Assembly (NCBI GenBank): GCA_951406725.2
Contig: OX597826.1
Span: 64,790,001-64,854,000, forward strand
Length of the DNA stretch: 64,000 bases
DNA from: Octopus vulgaris
Taxonomy: Eukaryota
Direction: 5' to 3'
This document shows positions 38,620 through 51,425 of the stretch, piece by piece (position 1 is the first letter of the stretch; each line of letters starts with the position of its first letter). Under the pieces are notes generated by a model, which worked only from the letters and a program-made list of their open reading frames with translations, was not told the DNA's origin and made no database searches. The position numbers were made by a program, and so were the translations under genes.

Positions 38620-38621
<2 letters not shown>

Positions 38622-38966
38622 GGAGATGTACTCGCATAGCAAGTGATTTGATCTGAGATCGTGTGCTGGAACGAAAATAATTGCAGCGTGGAAGGTGTTT
38701 GTAAGCCATTTAAGAAACACACAAAAGCCGTTCGATTCACTTCAACATTTAAGTTTTAATTTGTCAAAATATTTTCGTCGCTAAAATCCGCGACCTGTTC
38801 ACTGACAAAAATCCGAGATGCAGCACGGATTTTTGTCAGTGAACAGGTCGCGGATTTTAGCGACGAAAATATTTTGACAAATTAAAACTTAAATGTTGAA
38901 GTGAATCGAACGGCTTTTGTGTGTTTCTTAAATGGCTTACAAGCACCTTCCACGCTGCAATTATTT
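38620..38966. mobile_element. Fold-back element (292-bp inverted repeat 38675-38966, 10-nt loop) between (TA)n tracts
   Basis: Arms essentially identical (one mismatch seen); ~55-bp unique left extension. Confidence 0.88.
38832..38881 (+). ncRNA. Hammerhead-like motif with G3-C8 core
   Basis: tttgtca-GTGAACA-g-GTCGC ggatttta GCGAC-GAA-aatatt-T-tgacaaa; mirror copy at 38760-38809 minus. Confidence 0.65.
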
Positions 38967-39013
38967 ATATATATATTTATATATATATTTACATACATAC
39001 ATACATATATACA

Positions 39014-39047
<34 letters not shown>

Positions 39048-39692
39048 CATATACACACACACATATATTGCTCTTTCTCTCTGAATGCCTACTCGTGCAG
39101 TTCATCGTGTTACAAATATGCATCAAAACTGTTTCTATAAGCTGTTCCCGGTTCAAATAACCATCCTATGCGACCGACTATCGTTCTATCCCAGGGGAAA
39201 AATTAAATCTAAACTGTTTCACTAACACACCTTTGAAAAACGGGTTTAATTCGATTGCAGTTTCAACTGATGGTTATAAGTTGGATGAAAATATGAATAA
39301 AACAGACGGGTAGGTGTTTATAGGAGTGGACTGAATTCAGTTGCAGTATGTTTTCTAAATCCAAATATTTGGGAGGAAATCTAATATACTAAGCATTAGA
39401 ACCCACACATTGAGGGCTTTTATTATATTCTTTATTCTTTATTTTTTATTTTATCTTATTTATTTATGTATTCTGTATATTTCTTTTCTCATTAGATTCA
39501 TTTCATGTACCAAATACAGGGGTCGCCAAGAGAAATGTTGCAAGGTGGAGCACGACTGTTTCCTAGTCCCGTGGGCTTTCAAAATTCGTAAGCTGTGACT
39601 TTTTCTTTTTCTTTCTTTAGGGAGTGGTGGTCCCGTTAGATATTCATAGGCCCTTTCGTGGCTCTCCAGCACCCAGATGTACAGACTGAACA

Positions 39693-39797
39693 TTTTAAAA
39701 TTTCAACTAGATGGATGATCTTTAAAATACTTTCACATACTGGGCGAGTGGGTGTGAAAGTATTTTAAAGCTCATCCGTCAAGTCGAAATTTTAAAA
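39693..39797. repeat. Imperfect 105-bp hairpin
   Basis: ttttaaaatttcaactagatggatga..tactttcaca / tgtgaaagta..tcatccgtcaagtcgaaattttaaaa. Confidence 0.8.
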
Positions 39798-40774
39798 CAC
39801 TCCATTATGACGTCGAAATATCAGAAACGTTTATCCTTAAAACTTTATAAATAAGCTTTGATTGCAAAAAAAAACTTCAGTCTCTGTCCACCTTTCACGA
39901 TGATTAGAGACTCAGCTAGAGGCGGACCGAGGGGCTTACTCGAAAACCAAGGACTAGCGTGAAGTCAGAGATATCTTCACTTTGTTTTTGATGTTTGTAG
40001 GTTTATTTTATGCATCATTGAGTTTTTAAACACCCTCTGTAACACGCTGGTTAGTACTATAACAGTTACAGGGTGTACAGTAAAGCTATGGCTCTTAACC
40101 AGGCTATTCCAGTACATGAAACCTGATAGAGTTCTAACCAGAAATATATACTTCGCTCTCTATACATGTACAAATTAACACATATGGGATAGATATGTGC
40201 TTAAAGGGAAATCCAAAGAGCCGACATTCTGGAAATGAAGGTCTAGACGTAAGAATTACTGAAATTACTGAAAGATTGGACATAACAAAGATGATGCGAA
40301 GAGGAGAGACGGGTGGGACGAGAATACTTGAATGGAGGTGCCAGGATTCTAGCCAGCTTCAAGAAGCAAAGACAATTATAGTAGCGGTAGTAAAGGTAGG
40401 GAGCAAAGACAGCATGCGATTCCTATGGGCCAGACCTTAGATTGTATCTAGGAATAACTTTATACCCAACAGTAGTAGTCGTCGTCGTGATCATCGTCAT
40501 CGTCGTCGTCGTGATAATGGGGTTACTGAGGGTGCATGCGTGTGTGCTCTCTGTTCAATTTGTATTGATGTCGGTGGTTGCTTTCTATACCTTGACCCGA
40601 GCATAGGACGGGGCTCACCTCTTCGCGCTGGGAAAGGAATGGAATGCCTGGTGTGTGTCTTGTTGTGGCTACCTCAGCCTATGGGGTAATAGGCCTTGGT
40701 AAATAAATAAATAAATAAATAAACTAATAGAAAAAGATAACATGTACTTTAAGTCAAGTAAAGCCTTTTCTGAT

Positions 40775-40922
<148 letters not shown>

Positions 40923-41929
40923 TTGTGCTCTATCTGCTATGTTCTGTAATAACCAGTCCTACTTATTAATGGAGACAGTTTATATTTCTCGTTTCAAAAT
41001 CCTCATATTTCACTTCCTTAACTTCCTTCAGGACAATGGTCTACTCTTGATCACCATCATCACTATAATCGCCATCATCGTCATCGGTGCTGTCACCTTG
41101 GTTGTTATCATCGCTATCATCATCATCGTTGTAGTCATCATCGTTGTCATCATCATCATCATCATCATGATATTGCTTTAATGAACTTTGTTTCCATGGT
41201 TAATCTCGTAACTATTATTCTGTCTGTACTGTTGTGTTTTATTCTATTTGATTTATTTTTATTTTCCTTCCTTCCTTCCTTCTTTCCTTTTTTTTTTTTT
41301 TTTTTTTTTTTAGACCTCTTCCTCTGTGTCGATAAAAATCTAGTTTGTACCATTTCTACTGAAACAGGAAGAACAAAGTTACTGTTAAAGAAAGTTGTTT
41401 GTTGTAAAAGAGTACTGTCAGAAAGTGTTTGGCGCCAGAAGATGTATTTGTGAAACATTCATATATTACCAGGAACTTATAAACTGACATTTTTCTGTTC
41501 TTATTGTTTATTTTCAAGAAGTTGTTTATTTATAGGCTTTTGAGCCAGAAACAGTATCATTGTCGATGGTCGCTGGTTGAGATGACGCAGTGAGTGAAAC
41601 TACAATAATAAGATTTCACAATTCACTCCAAAGCATCGACAAATTAAACATTGTACAAAAAATTAACGAGCAGCCTTCACCTTTTCCTACCCAATGAGGT
41701 TTTTAACCCACTATTCTATGCACAGATGTTTACAGCTAATTTTTTTGACCATATATGTGTATGTATGTATGTATGTATGTATGTGTGTGTGTATGTATGT
41801 ATGTATGTATGTATGTATGTATGTATGTATGTATTATGTATGTATGTATGTATGTATGTATGTATGTATGTATGTATGTATGTATGTATGTATGTATGTA
41901 TGTATGTATGTATGTATGTATGCATGTAT

Positions 41930-42218
41930 AAGTTAAGTTAAGTTAGTTAAGTTAAGTTAATTTTTTGGCTCAAAAAGCAAAAAGCAAGGCCATGTAGGGG
42001 GACATGGAGTTATGTACAGGGAGGGTGTTCATGCAAAGAGTTCAGGCCATTTCTGGTCAAGAGAGACTTTGAACCGAGCGGTCGTCAGCATCTCTACTGT
42101 CTCTCTCTCCTTCGATTGAGATGAAATCGTCGCAGATAGAGCTTTTCGGAGAGACTCCGCAGCCGACGCTCTGGAGCAGGAGTGAAGAACAGCTCTTTCG
42201 AGAGGTTACACTTTCCGC
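41930..42218 (-). mobile_element. CR1-like LINE 3' fragment with (AACTT)n tail, inside (TATG)n
   Basis: ELFFTPAPERRLRS.SEKLYLRRFHLNRRR resembles CR1 ORF2 end; tail visible as (aagtt)n at 41930-41960. Confidence 0.65.
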
Positions 42219-42287
42219 TTATGTATGTATGTATGTATGTATGTATGTATGTATGTATGTATGTATGTATGTATGTATGTGTATACA

Positions 42288-42320
<33 letters not shown>

Positions 42321-42544
42321 ATGTATGTATGTATGTCATTATTCAATTTATTTCAAGATTTCTTGGCAATAGAGAAAGAACCGGTTTCTAACTTAGATCC
42401 AAAACTCCTTCACTGGAATTTCAACATCAACAACAGGGTATTTTTGTTTGTTTGTATGTATACATGCGGATTTGTATGTTTTGTTTTATGTATGTCTTCT
42501 CATGCATATATTTGCATATCTAGACATGCTCATATATACATGTA

Positions 42545-43015
<471 letters not shown>

Positions 43016-43221
43016 GTTTTCCAATAAGTTTCCATAAGTGAGAAAAAGAAGCACGTATATTAGGTAATAGAGTGGGTATGTTGTTTATATAAGATCATTA
43101 ATTCAGTCTCATGGATTGGCATAAATTAGTAACATGAATTGGCTATTATGAGCCTGAATTGTATGTTGTATAAACAATGGTGTGTATGTGTGCACGTGTG
43201 TGTACAGATGTGTGTGTACAG

Positions 43222-43263
<42 letters not shown>

Positions 43264-43603
43264 ATGTGTGCGCGTGTGTGTGCGTGTGTGGATATATAGA
43301 GGCGCAGAGATGGATATGTGGTTAAGAGGTTCGCTTTGCAAACATGTTGTTTTGAGTTCAGTCCCACTGTGCCGCACTATGGACATGTGTTTTCTACTAT
43401 GGTCCATAACATGTAATTATACTGTTATATCTACCTGCATGTACGCGCACTTCTTAAGTCCCCATTCACAATTCAGAATTCTGGCGAGGTGGGATTGAGC
43501 CTCATTCTCAAGAGCCAACCCCTGCTGTCTTAGAGTAGGATTTTGCGCTTGCATTCACAAGTTTGTCGATTGTGTGGGAGTTCTCAGACAACAAGTCTTG
43601 AGA

Positions 43604-43900
43604 TGTCTGGGGAGAGTCATTTTCTTTTTTTGCCTTATAATGTAACACACCGATAAAATTTCCACTTATTTCTTATTTTTATTTTCCTTTTCAACCTTTT
43701 CAATAGTCTTGACAATTGAAAAGGTTGCAAGACGCAACGAAAATTTTAGGAAAATAAAAATAATAAAAAAGTGGAAATTTTACCGGTGAGTGTGTTACAT
43801 TATAAGGCACAAAAAGAAAATGACTCTCCCCAGACACAACAGAATATGCTTCAACACACGAAATCATATAAAGAATATTGCATACCAAATCCAAAAACAA
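43604..43900 (+). mobile_element. Fold-back retro-insertion with U3-A8 hammerhead-like motif (43713-43749) and 11-12-bp TSD
   Basis: Same family as 36350; TSD aagtcttgaga at 43593-43603 and 43901-43911; motif TTGAAAA-g-GTTGC aagac GCAAC-GAA-aatt-T-tag. Confidence 0.82.
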
Positions 43901-44772
43901 AAGTCTTGAGATTTTCTTAAGTCTTGAATCCGATGGTTTAAGCAACAGCATCATAGAGTGTAGAACTAAAAAAAGGCGCGGTTCTCATCCATGAGGTTTG
44001 CTGAGTGATGTGATACTCTGAAGCTTTCGTTTTGATATCTACAGAAGAACGAACATCCTTACAACTATCATAGCTGTCGGTTTTGATCCAGTTGAGTTAC
44101 TTAATTTTTTGGTGTCCTTGTTCGTCTAAGGAGGAGAAAAATGACTTTTGACAGTATCATGCGATAGTCTGTCCAACACTCTTCTCTCTTCATTGTGTGG
44201 GTAAGAAAAACAACTTTAAGACCCACCCGCTTAACCATAAGGAAGTTAAAGCCAATAAGATGTCAGTGTTTTGATTCTGGGATGCATCCCAAGGTTCTGT
44301 GTTTATTCTTCTACTAGAAAATTAGGGTTAATAATGGTGAGGTCGTGCTCCATGTGCACAAAATAGAATTGTAACGTCAGTGCTTTTAGTTTGCACTTTT
44401 TGTGAATGTATGTCACCTTATGTAGGTGTGTATGAGTGTGCATGTGTCTGTTGTGTGTGTGTGTGTACGTGTTGTACTAGATGTATGTGCGCTAGTTTGC
44501 ATGTTGTTTTTACTTACGTAACAGCTACACTACAGCGTGGGTTGCGAATAAATATGTATATGAAGCATTATACATATGTGAACAAATAAAAAAAAAACCC
44601 TTGTGGTCTAACCATGGGGCCTAATTTCACAGCGAGACTACTGGCATATGGATATGACTCTCTATATTTACATGTTTACTTAAGTTGTGTATATTGTATT
44701 TGTATGTGTGTTGTATTCTTTGCGCGTGTGGGCCCTGAGTCAGCATACATGATGTGTATATGTATGCGTGTT

Positions 44773-44823
<51 letters not shown>

Positions 44824-45484
44824 TTAGGGTAGGGAATGAGAAAGAGACAAACAGAGAAAGCAATAGACAGATAAACAGATATAGAGAGAAAAAGAGAGTT
44901 TAATTGCTCTAAGATTTTCTTGACTATAACCTATCATAATTCAATACAATTTCTACCCAAAGTGAACACTCTTTGATGATTGTCTCTTTACCTACAATAG
45001 AATCAGGGAATATCACAAAGACCTTGCGGATCATAAAATGGAAACTTTTATACAAAACCTGCTAACCGAATCTTCAGTTGACAGCTATCGAACCTCAATT
45101 TCATAACTGAATTATCAATCCCAAACAACCCTTCTGATGAAAGTAAACATCAGCTTATCATTGAAACACCATCGAATAATTGCGATGTACATATACACTA
45201 AGAAATTCCTTCCGTATATCTTTAACTTGTTTGGTCGTATTTAACTTGTTTTCTCTCTGCATAAATATATAAGACTTCTACTCTTTTGCTCTGTTGCATC
45301 ACAAGAGCTTTTCGTCTTTATGAAGTCTAATAAACCAATCAGAATATTGAACACCGTCATTTTTCAAACTATTGGCCAAAATCAAATTACTTAACTTGTA
45401 ACTCACAGTTTGAAGAGAAGAAAAATATGATAGGAGTTTGTGGAATTCGTGCTTTTACCAATGACGTTAGCGATGCAAACGAAA

Positions 45485-45875
45485 TCTCTATATATATAAA
45501 GCTGAAGTTGTCTGTGTATGACAGGTTTGGTAGCCTTCAACTAACATTATCTCCTCCAAGACCCTGCGACGCAATTTGACAAAATTGACAGTATGATAGA
45601 AGAAGGCTTGCTCTTCCTTCCGTAGAAGAAAAAATTCAAATCGGACCATGTTAACACCAAAAATTATTTACATCAAAAAGGTGCTTTTTTTCTATGAAAA
45701 TCCCTATTTTTTACGATTTTTTGACTTCTGTGTCGCCATTTTTCAGTGTATTTCAACCAGAAAAATGTTCACTTAAAGAGAATAACAAGCTACATAATGC
45801 AAAATTTTTACTTTTCAAAAATTCCAGTTCTAAAGGGTCGAAACAAACCCGAGCAACGTCGGGCGATACTGTTAG
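45485..45875 (+). mobile_element. Non-autonomous Helitron, same family as 26735-27124
   Basis: a|TC...cccga gcaacg tcggg..TTAG|t. Confidence 0.88.
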
Positions 45876-46963
45876 TAAGAAATAAAATCGCTTCCAAACC
45901 ATAAATGTAACTGCATAATGGACGGTCAGGAACTTAATTTTCCCAAATCTTCAGTCCTCGCCAACCGAAAGGGGATGCCAATTAGATTTGACTTTAATGC
46001 CCAAGAGAAAACTTACTGTAAAACAAACCATTGTCTCTCAAACAGAATTTTCTGACATGAATGAATATTTTATTCCAAGTTAGTATAAAATTAGCAGCCT
46101 TCATATATGCCAACAGCTTACTGATTATGATCCGAACATATAATAACAGGCGTTTAACTGAACAAGATAAAAAGTCGAATAATCGTAAGCTTCCAATTTG
46201 GGGCAAGAATATGCAAAACAACATTTGTATAAATTGCGGTAACTTATTCAAAAATAAAAGCAAACTGGTATACCACTTTATGGAATACGAACAATGGAAG
46301 AAACTTTTGTATAAGCACCACTCCATCAACCCCGCAGACAATCACTAGCGACCACTAACTATCTCAGCCTCAATCCTGGTACATCTTTTAGTCTCAGTAT
46401 CTTTGGTACTTATATTCTGAAAGAAAATAACGAAGTAGGCTTCTCTTTCACGTTATCGTTTTATACTGGGAGCTACGGCATATTTTAGCGAATATGATCC
46501 TCTCTCTGAAACGTTTAAGACAAGCATGAACAACCTTTTACGTAGAACTGAAAGTTATGAGATATCGCTCAGCATAAATCAGTCCAAACTACTAAAACAA
46601 TATTTTAACAAGCCACATAGATAAGACAGAGTATACCATATGTTACAGTAAGTATATCATTAAAAGTTGATCGAGAAAAAATTTGACTGAATGAAAGAGG
46701 GAGAAAGAGAACGGGATAAACAGAGAGAGTCACGAATTGTTCAAATGAATAAAGTCTGACCTTAAAGAATCTCTCTCTCTCTCTTTCTCTCTTTATATAT
46801 ATATATTTTTATTTATCTATTTATAGTAAAGGCATTACTATATATAAATGCCTCACACTAGGAGGGACTCTTAAAGTCAAAACTACCATAATAAATAAAC
46901 ATATTGTACCGTATACGACGGAACGCAACTCTCAAAGCGAGCATTTTAAAAACAGAATTCAGC

Positions 46964-47021
46964 TGCATATCATATGATTTCATAATTAGTGCACAAAATG
47001 CACCTTTTAATCTTCAGTGCA
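46964..47021 (-). ncRNA. Minimal type-I hammerhead motif
   Basis: Reverse complement reads tgca-CTGAAGA-ttaaaagGTGCA ttttg TGCACtaattat-GAAA-tcatatga-TA-tgca. Confidence 0.7.
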
Positions 47022-47046
47022 AGCTGCAATTTTATATATATATACG

Positions 47047-47300
47047 TACAGGGGACGGACAAAAAATGGAAACACCTTGTTAAATGGTCGTCATATTACT
47101 TAATACGGAGTCACCTCACTTTTCGCATCAATCTCAGTTTTAAATGTTCAGAAACTGACTCGCACAGATTCTGAACGTTCGTTGGGAGAATTTTGAGCCA
47201 TTCTTCAAGTAAAACCTACCTTAACCCTTTCAGCGAAAATAGCGGAGAGAAGTAGTTGCACACTTCCTCCTGCATCTGCTCCGTAAATCCCCGATTATAT
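47047..47300 (-). mobile_element. Tc1-like transposon end fragment
   Basis: ta|caggggacggacaaaaaatggaaacacc resembles Tc1-type TIRs. Confidence 0.5.
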
Positions 47301-47399
47301 TGAGATCTAGTAACTGTTGGGGTTCAGTCTAAGTGGTCTGCTTCACTTCTATACTCTTCATAGCAATTTTGAACGATATTTTTGACTGGTGTAGAGTAT

Positions 47400-49150
47400 G
47401 TCGCAGCAGCATCTCCAAGACTGCATTCAAGTTGAGGGTTGAAGCAAACTTACATCATTGTTTCCAACTTATACTTTGTGTGATCTTCAGAATATATTTT
47501 TCCGCAACATACTGGTAACTTTCATGTAACACTTTTGAAATACCAGTCAAATTTCAATGCCAGTTAATCTCTAAAGGAATTCTGTCACACATTGCACTTT
47601 ATTTGCTAAGATTTTGCGTGTTAGTTTGGCTTTCTTTGCTAATCTTAGCTATGTCATTTGCTATTTCCTTTAATCGTGATTCACTGTAACTGCGTTTGAC
47701 ATAATGGTGTACAAAAGCATTTGCATGTTTCCAGTAATCCTCTATGTAAGTACAAATACGTTTTATTCTCAAAAATTGGGGGTTCGGATTCGGCCGAATT
47801 ATATAATATGGATAATTGGAGCGGCGGTGGAGGCAAATGTGGGATGACTTGGGCTTACAAAATAACTCTGTCACTATTCTGCCTCCAGAAAACATAACTT
47901 TTGTGTCCAAAAATGTTTGAAAAACTAGACGTAAATTTTATGCTGGACTTAAAGCCATAGTCTTTAGCATAACAGTCACAGAAATGCAAGAAGTCGATTA
48001 AACTATCCTGTGATCCTTCCCAGACATAAAAGACGTCATCAATGAACCGTAACCAGAGTATTGGGTTATGACGATATAGGGATTTGAATGTCTTCAGGAA
48101 CTGTGCACGAGTTTCGTCATGAAGACATAAGTGAAATTAACTGCCATGGGGGTACCCATGGCGCTACCCCTGGTCTGGTAGCAATTTGTTTTTGTCCAAA
48201 CCGTTTTTCAAAGGCATTCATGCATGCTTCTACCCCTTCATCGTGGTCAATATTGGGATATAAGGAAGAAACATCCATGGTTACTAAAAAAAGTTTTCGA
48301 GATGGCTTCCGTACTTAAAAAAGTTGCTGATCTTAGACACAAAATCAAAAGTATCCCGAATATAGGAACTTGATCTTTGTGCGATAGGGATCAGAAAATC
48401 ATCCAGCCACTCCAAAACTTTGGCTGTACAACATTCATATCCGCTGCAAATTGGGTGCATTGGAGGAAATCTTACGGACATTTTGTGTATTTTGGGGAGA
48501 CCATAAAATGCAGTTGTTCTTTTTATCCGTAAATTCTTGGATTCGGCCTTATAAATGAAATTGTTTTCCTCCATTTCCAGAATTATTTTGTCAAGTTCTC
48601 TGTAATTGGGGTTTGGATTGACAGATAATTCTTCATATGAAGTTTTGTCACTTAAAACTCTTCACAAGCCGAAGTATACTCTTATCTACCATTTTAATAA
48701 CAATAGAATCATTATTAGCGAGACAACGGAGTGCGTAACACTGGGAATTTGTGAGGTTATTTCAGGACTTCTTTCCACTTGTTTTAAGGCTTTCTCTAAT
48801 GCCTGCCTGACAAGATTTAAGAAATTCCAGTAGTGCTTGTGAACGTCCATGCTGAACTGTATCTGGCTACCAATTGGGATTCTTTTCAATTTAATTATGC
48901 CGGATTCGATCATCATCATTTTTATTTTCAGTAAGCATAGAGTTTTCTGACTATTCGTTGTCATTTTTTTCAAAAACATATTCCTTCAGCTTTTGATGAC
49001 GGACAAACTGAAACAGCCCTTGAGCTAGTTTATTCTTAGTACTTTGGCAGAAACTCAGTCCAAGCTCCAAGACAAAGACATCATCTGGTAAAAGTTTTCT
49101 TTTTGCCAGTTGTAAACTTGAAAGTTGAAGACTGATATCATTCCATCGAC
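47400..49150 (-). pseudogene. Penelope-like element reverse transcriptase (Neptune-like), decayed
   Basis: LGLSF; IVIK.VDK; FYGLPKIHK; SYIRDT.DF; [17 protein letters not shown]; GVAMGTPMA; WLRFIDDVF.VW; FLD; QFLRIKRIC. Confidence 0.9.
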
Positions 49151-49332
49151 GTGGGAACGCTGGTTTCCCTCGTTCAAATTTTGGATTTGAATTTCTGTAA
49201 TTTTGAATTTCTGTAATTTTGAATTTCTGTGTATCACTTCATTTTGAACTCGACAAAGACAAGCTAGCTGTTGAAATATCGTTCAACCAATAAAAAAATC
49301 TATTGCAATCGCATCGCGCTCTTTGTATTGTC

Positions 49333-49333
<1 letters not shown>

Positions 49334-49390
<57 letters not shown>
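49334..49390. repeat. (TAA)n microsatellite
   Basis: Directly visible. Confidence 0.97.
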
Positions 49391-49391
<1 letters not shown>

Positions 49392-49935
49392 GCTCTGATG
49401 CAGTCCCAGGCAGTGTCTTTTATGGCTTCTTATCTTAACTCATTGGAGATGTTAGCATGTCCGTGTTTTGACTTGGGCTAAATATTCTGCTCAATACCGC
49501 AGATTTGTTTTTCAGTTGTTTGACCTTAAACAGTTGAGTATGTCTCTTAGTGGCTGACGATATGTGCATCTCTGATCACGAGTAGTATTGGGGGAGCTTC
49601 AGAACCGTGTGTTGAGAGGAATTCTTTGGGGTTTGAATAATTCACCTCTGGAATAATTCACTTCATTCATCATCTTTGAAAAACCTTTAAACCCTTATTC
49701 AGAGACCTTTTGAGTGAGATGGGCTTCACGATAGGGGAAAAAAATTGTAACTGGGTCCCACCTGCATAGTCATACGCTGTTAATCTTGCTGCAAGATCAC
49801 CATATCACGCACACATGGTTGTAATACATGTGCATGGTGCACCCTTATCAGATGAATAGTCAAGAAGGGTATATTAGGCTTCGTATATTTATACCCCAGT
49901 GTCACTTTGATGGCATGTACTGCTCATCTCACTCA
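49391..49935. mobile_element. ~545-bp segment bounded by (TAA)n on both sides; possible fragment of a TAA-targeting element (Dong/R4-like)
   Basis: Only the flanking context supports this; no protein motif seen. Confidence 0.3.
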
Positions 49936-50357
49936 ATAATAATAGCAATAATGTCATTTGTTATAGAATCTAACATATTATACTGGTGAAGATTAATTAA
50001 AAACCATTATGTCATCATTCCGTTTGTGATACTGCTACAATTATATACAACCACTTCTGTAAAAACATCCACGTCACCTTATAACTACATAAACATAGGA
50101 AGGTTTTGGGGCTTTCTTTTTTGTTAGTTTTTGGACAAAATAGTAAAAATAAATATTTTTATAATTTCACATTCCTCTGTTTTCTTCAACCTCACGAAAA
50201 ACTAACAACTTTAGATTCTGTGATATACATGAACATATATGTACATATATATGTGTGTGTGTATATACACATATGCACATACATATACCTCTCTCACTTT
50301 ATATATATCAATATATATATATATATATATATGATGCATGTATACATATACATACAT

Positions 50358-50418
<61 letters not shown>

Positions 50419-50502
50419 TACATTTATGACAATATAAACAAAATAGTTGGGATATTTTAACACTTTCCTGCATGTGTGTGTGTGTGTGTATGATTATGAC
50501 TA

Positions 50503-50912
50503 TGTAGGAATGGCTGTGTGTTGAGTAACTTGCTTACGAACCACATGGTTCCGGGTTCAGTACCACTGCGTGACACCTAGGGTAAGTGTCTTCTACTATA
50601 ACCTCGGGCCGACTAAAGCTTTATGAGTGAATTTGGTAGACAGAAACTGAAAGAAGCCCGTCGTGTGTATGTGTGTGTGTGTGCGTGTGTGTGTATGTTT
50701 GTGTGTCTGTGTTTGTCCCCCCAATATCGCTTCACAACCGATGCTGGTGTGTTTACGTTCCCGTAACTTAGCGGTTCGGCAGAGACCGATAGAATAAGTA
50801 CTAGGCTTACAATGAATAAGTCCTGGGGTCGATTTGCTCGACCAAAGGCAGTGCTCCAGCATAGCCACAGTCAAATGACTGAAACAAGTAAAAGAGTAAA
50901 AGAGTAAAGAGT
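50503..50912 (+). mobile_element. SINE family A, full length
   Basis: Head to (agtaaaag)n tail. Confidence 0.9.
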
Positions 50913-51081
50913 ATAACTGTGTGATTATGTTGGTATGTTATTCAGCCATCAAATAATTGCAACAACATCATTATCAAACAAAACAGCAGTAGCAGCAACA
51001 ACAGCATTAACAAAACAGTAACCGCAACAATAACTGCAACAACAAAAATGACAATAACAAAGACGACAACAGCAGCATCAG

Positions 51082-51425
51082 TGGAGGCGCAACGGCCCAG
51101 TGGTAAGGGCAGCGGACTCGCGGTCAGAGGATCGCGGTTTTGATTCCCAGACCGGGCGTTGTGTGTGTTTATTGAGCGAAAAAAACCTAAAGCTCCACGA
51201 CCCCTGTTGTACTCTTTCGCCCCAACTTTCTCTCACTCTTTCTTCCTGTTTCTTGTCCCCGACTTCCTACGCAACCGCTGAGCCAGGATGCGCATTCATC
51301 CATCCGTCGGGGGTTGACCTGCTTTCTCTTCTGCGGGTCTTACGAATAGCAAAGGACCACGTTTCGGACTTCTCCCACTTTGCGAGCTCTGGGACGAAGA
51401 CCGCTTCGCTCAACAAACAAACAAA
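51082..51425 (+). mobile_element. tRNA-headed SINE family C with (caaa)n tail
   Basis: ggaggcgcaacggcccagtggtaagggcagcggactcgc..ggttttgattccc; body matches 16710-17016. Confidence 0.82.

Noticed and set aside
45133-45180. Hammerhead (CTGATGA...GAAAC)
   Set aside because: Stems II and III do not pair convincingly
45900-46600. ORF with CxxC..H motif (46061-46348)
   Set aside because: Possibly an old LINE C-terminus but no diagnostic motif; not called
51082-51155. tRNA gene
   Set aside because: tRNA-like SINE head continuing into a repeated body; acceptor stem not intact. The same applies to other SINE heads
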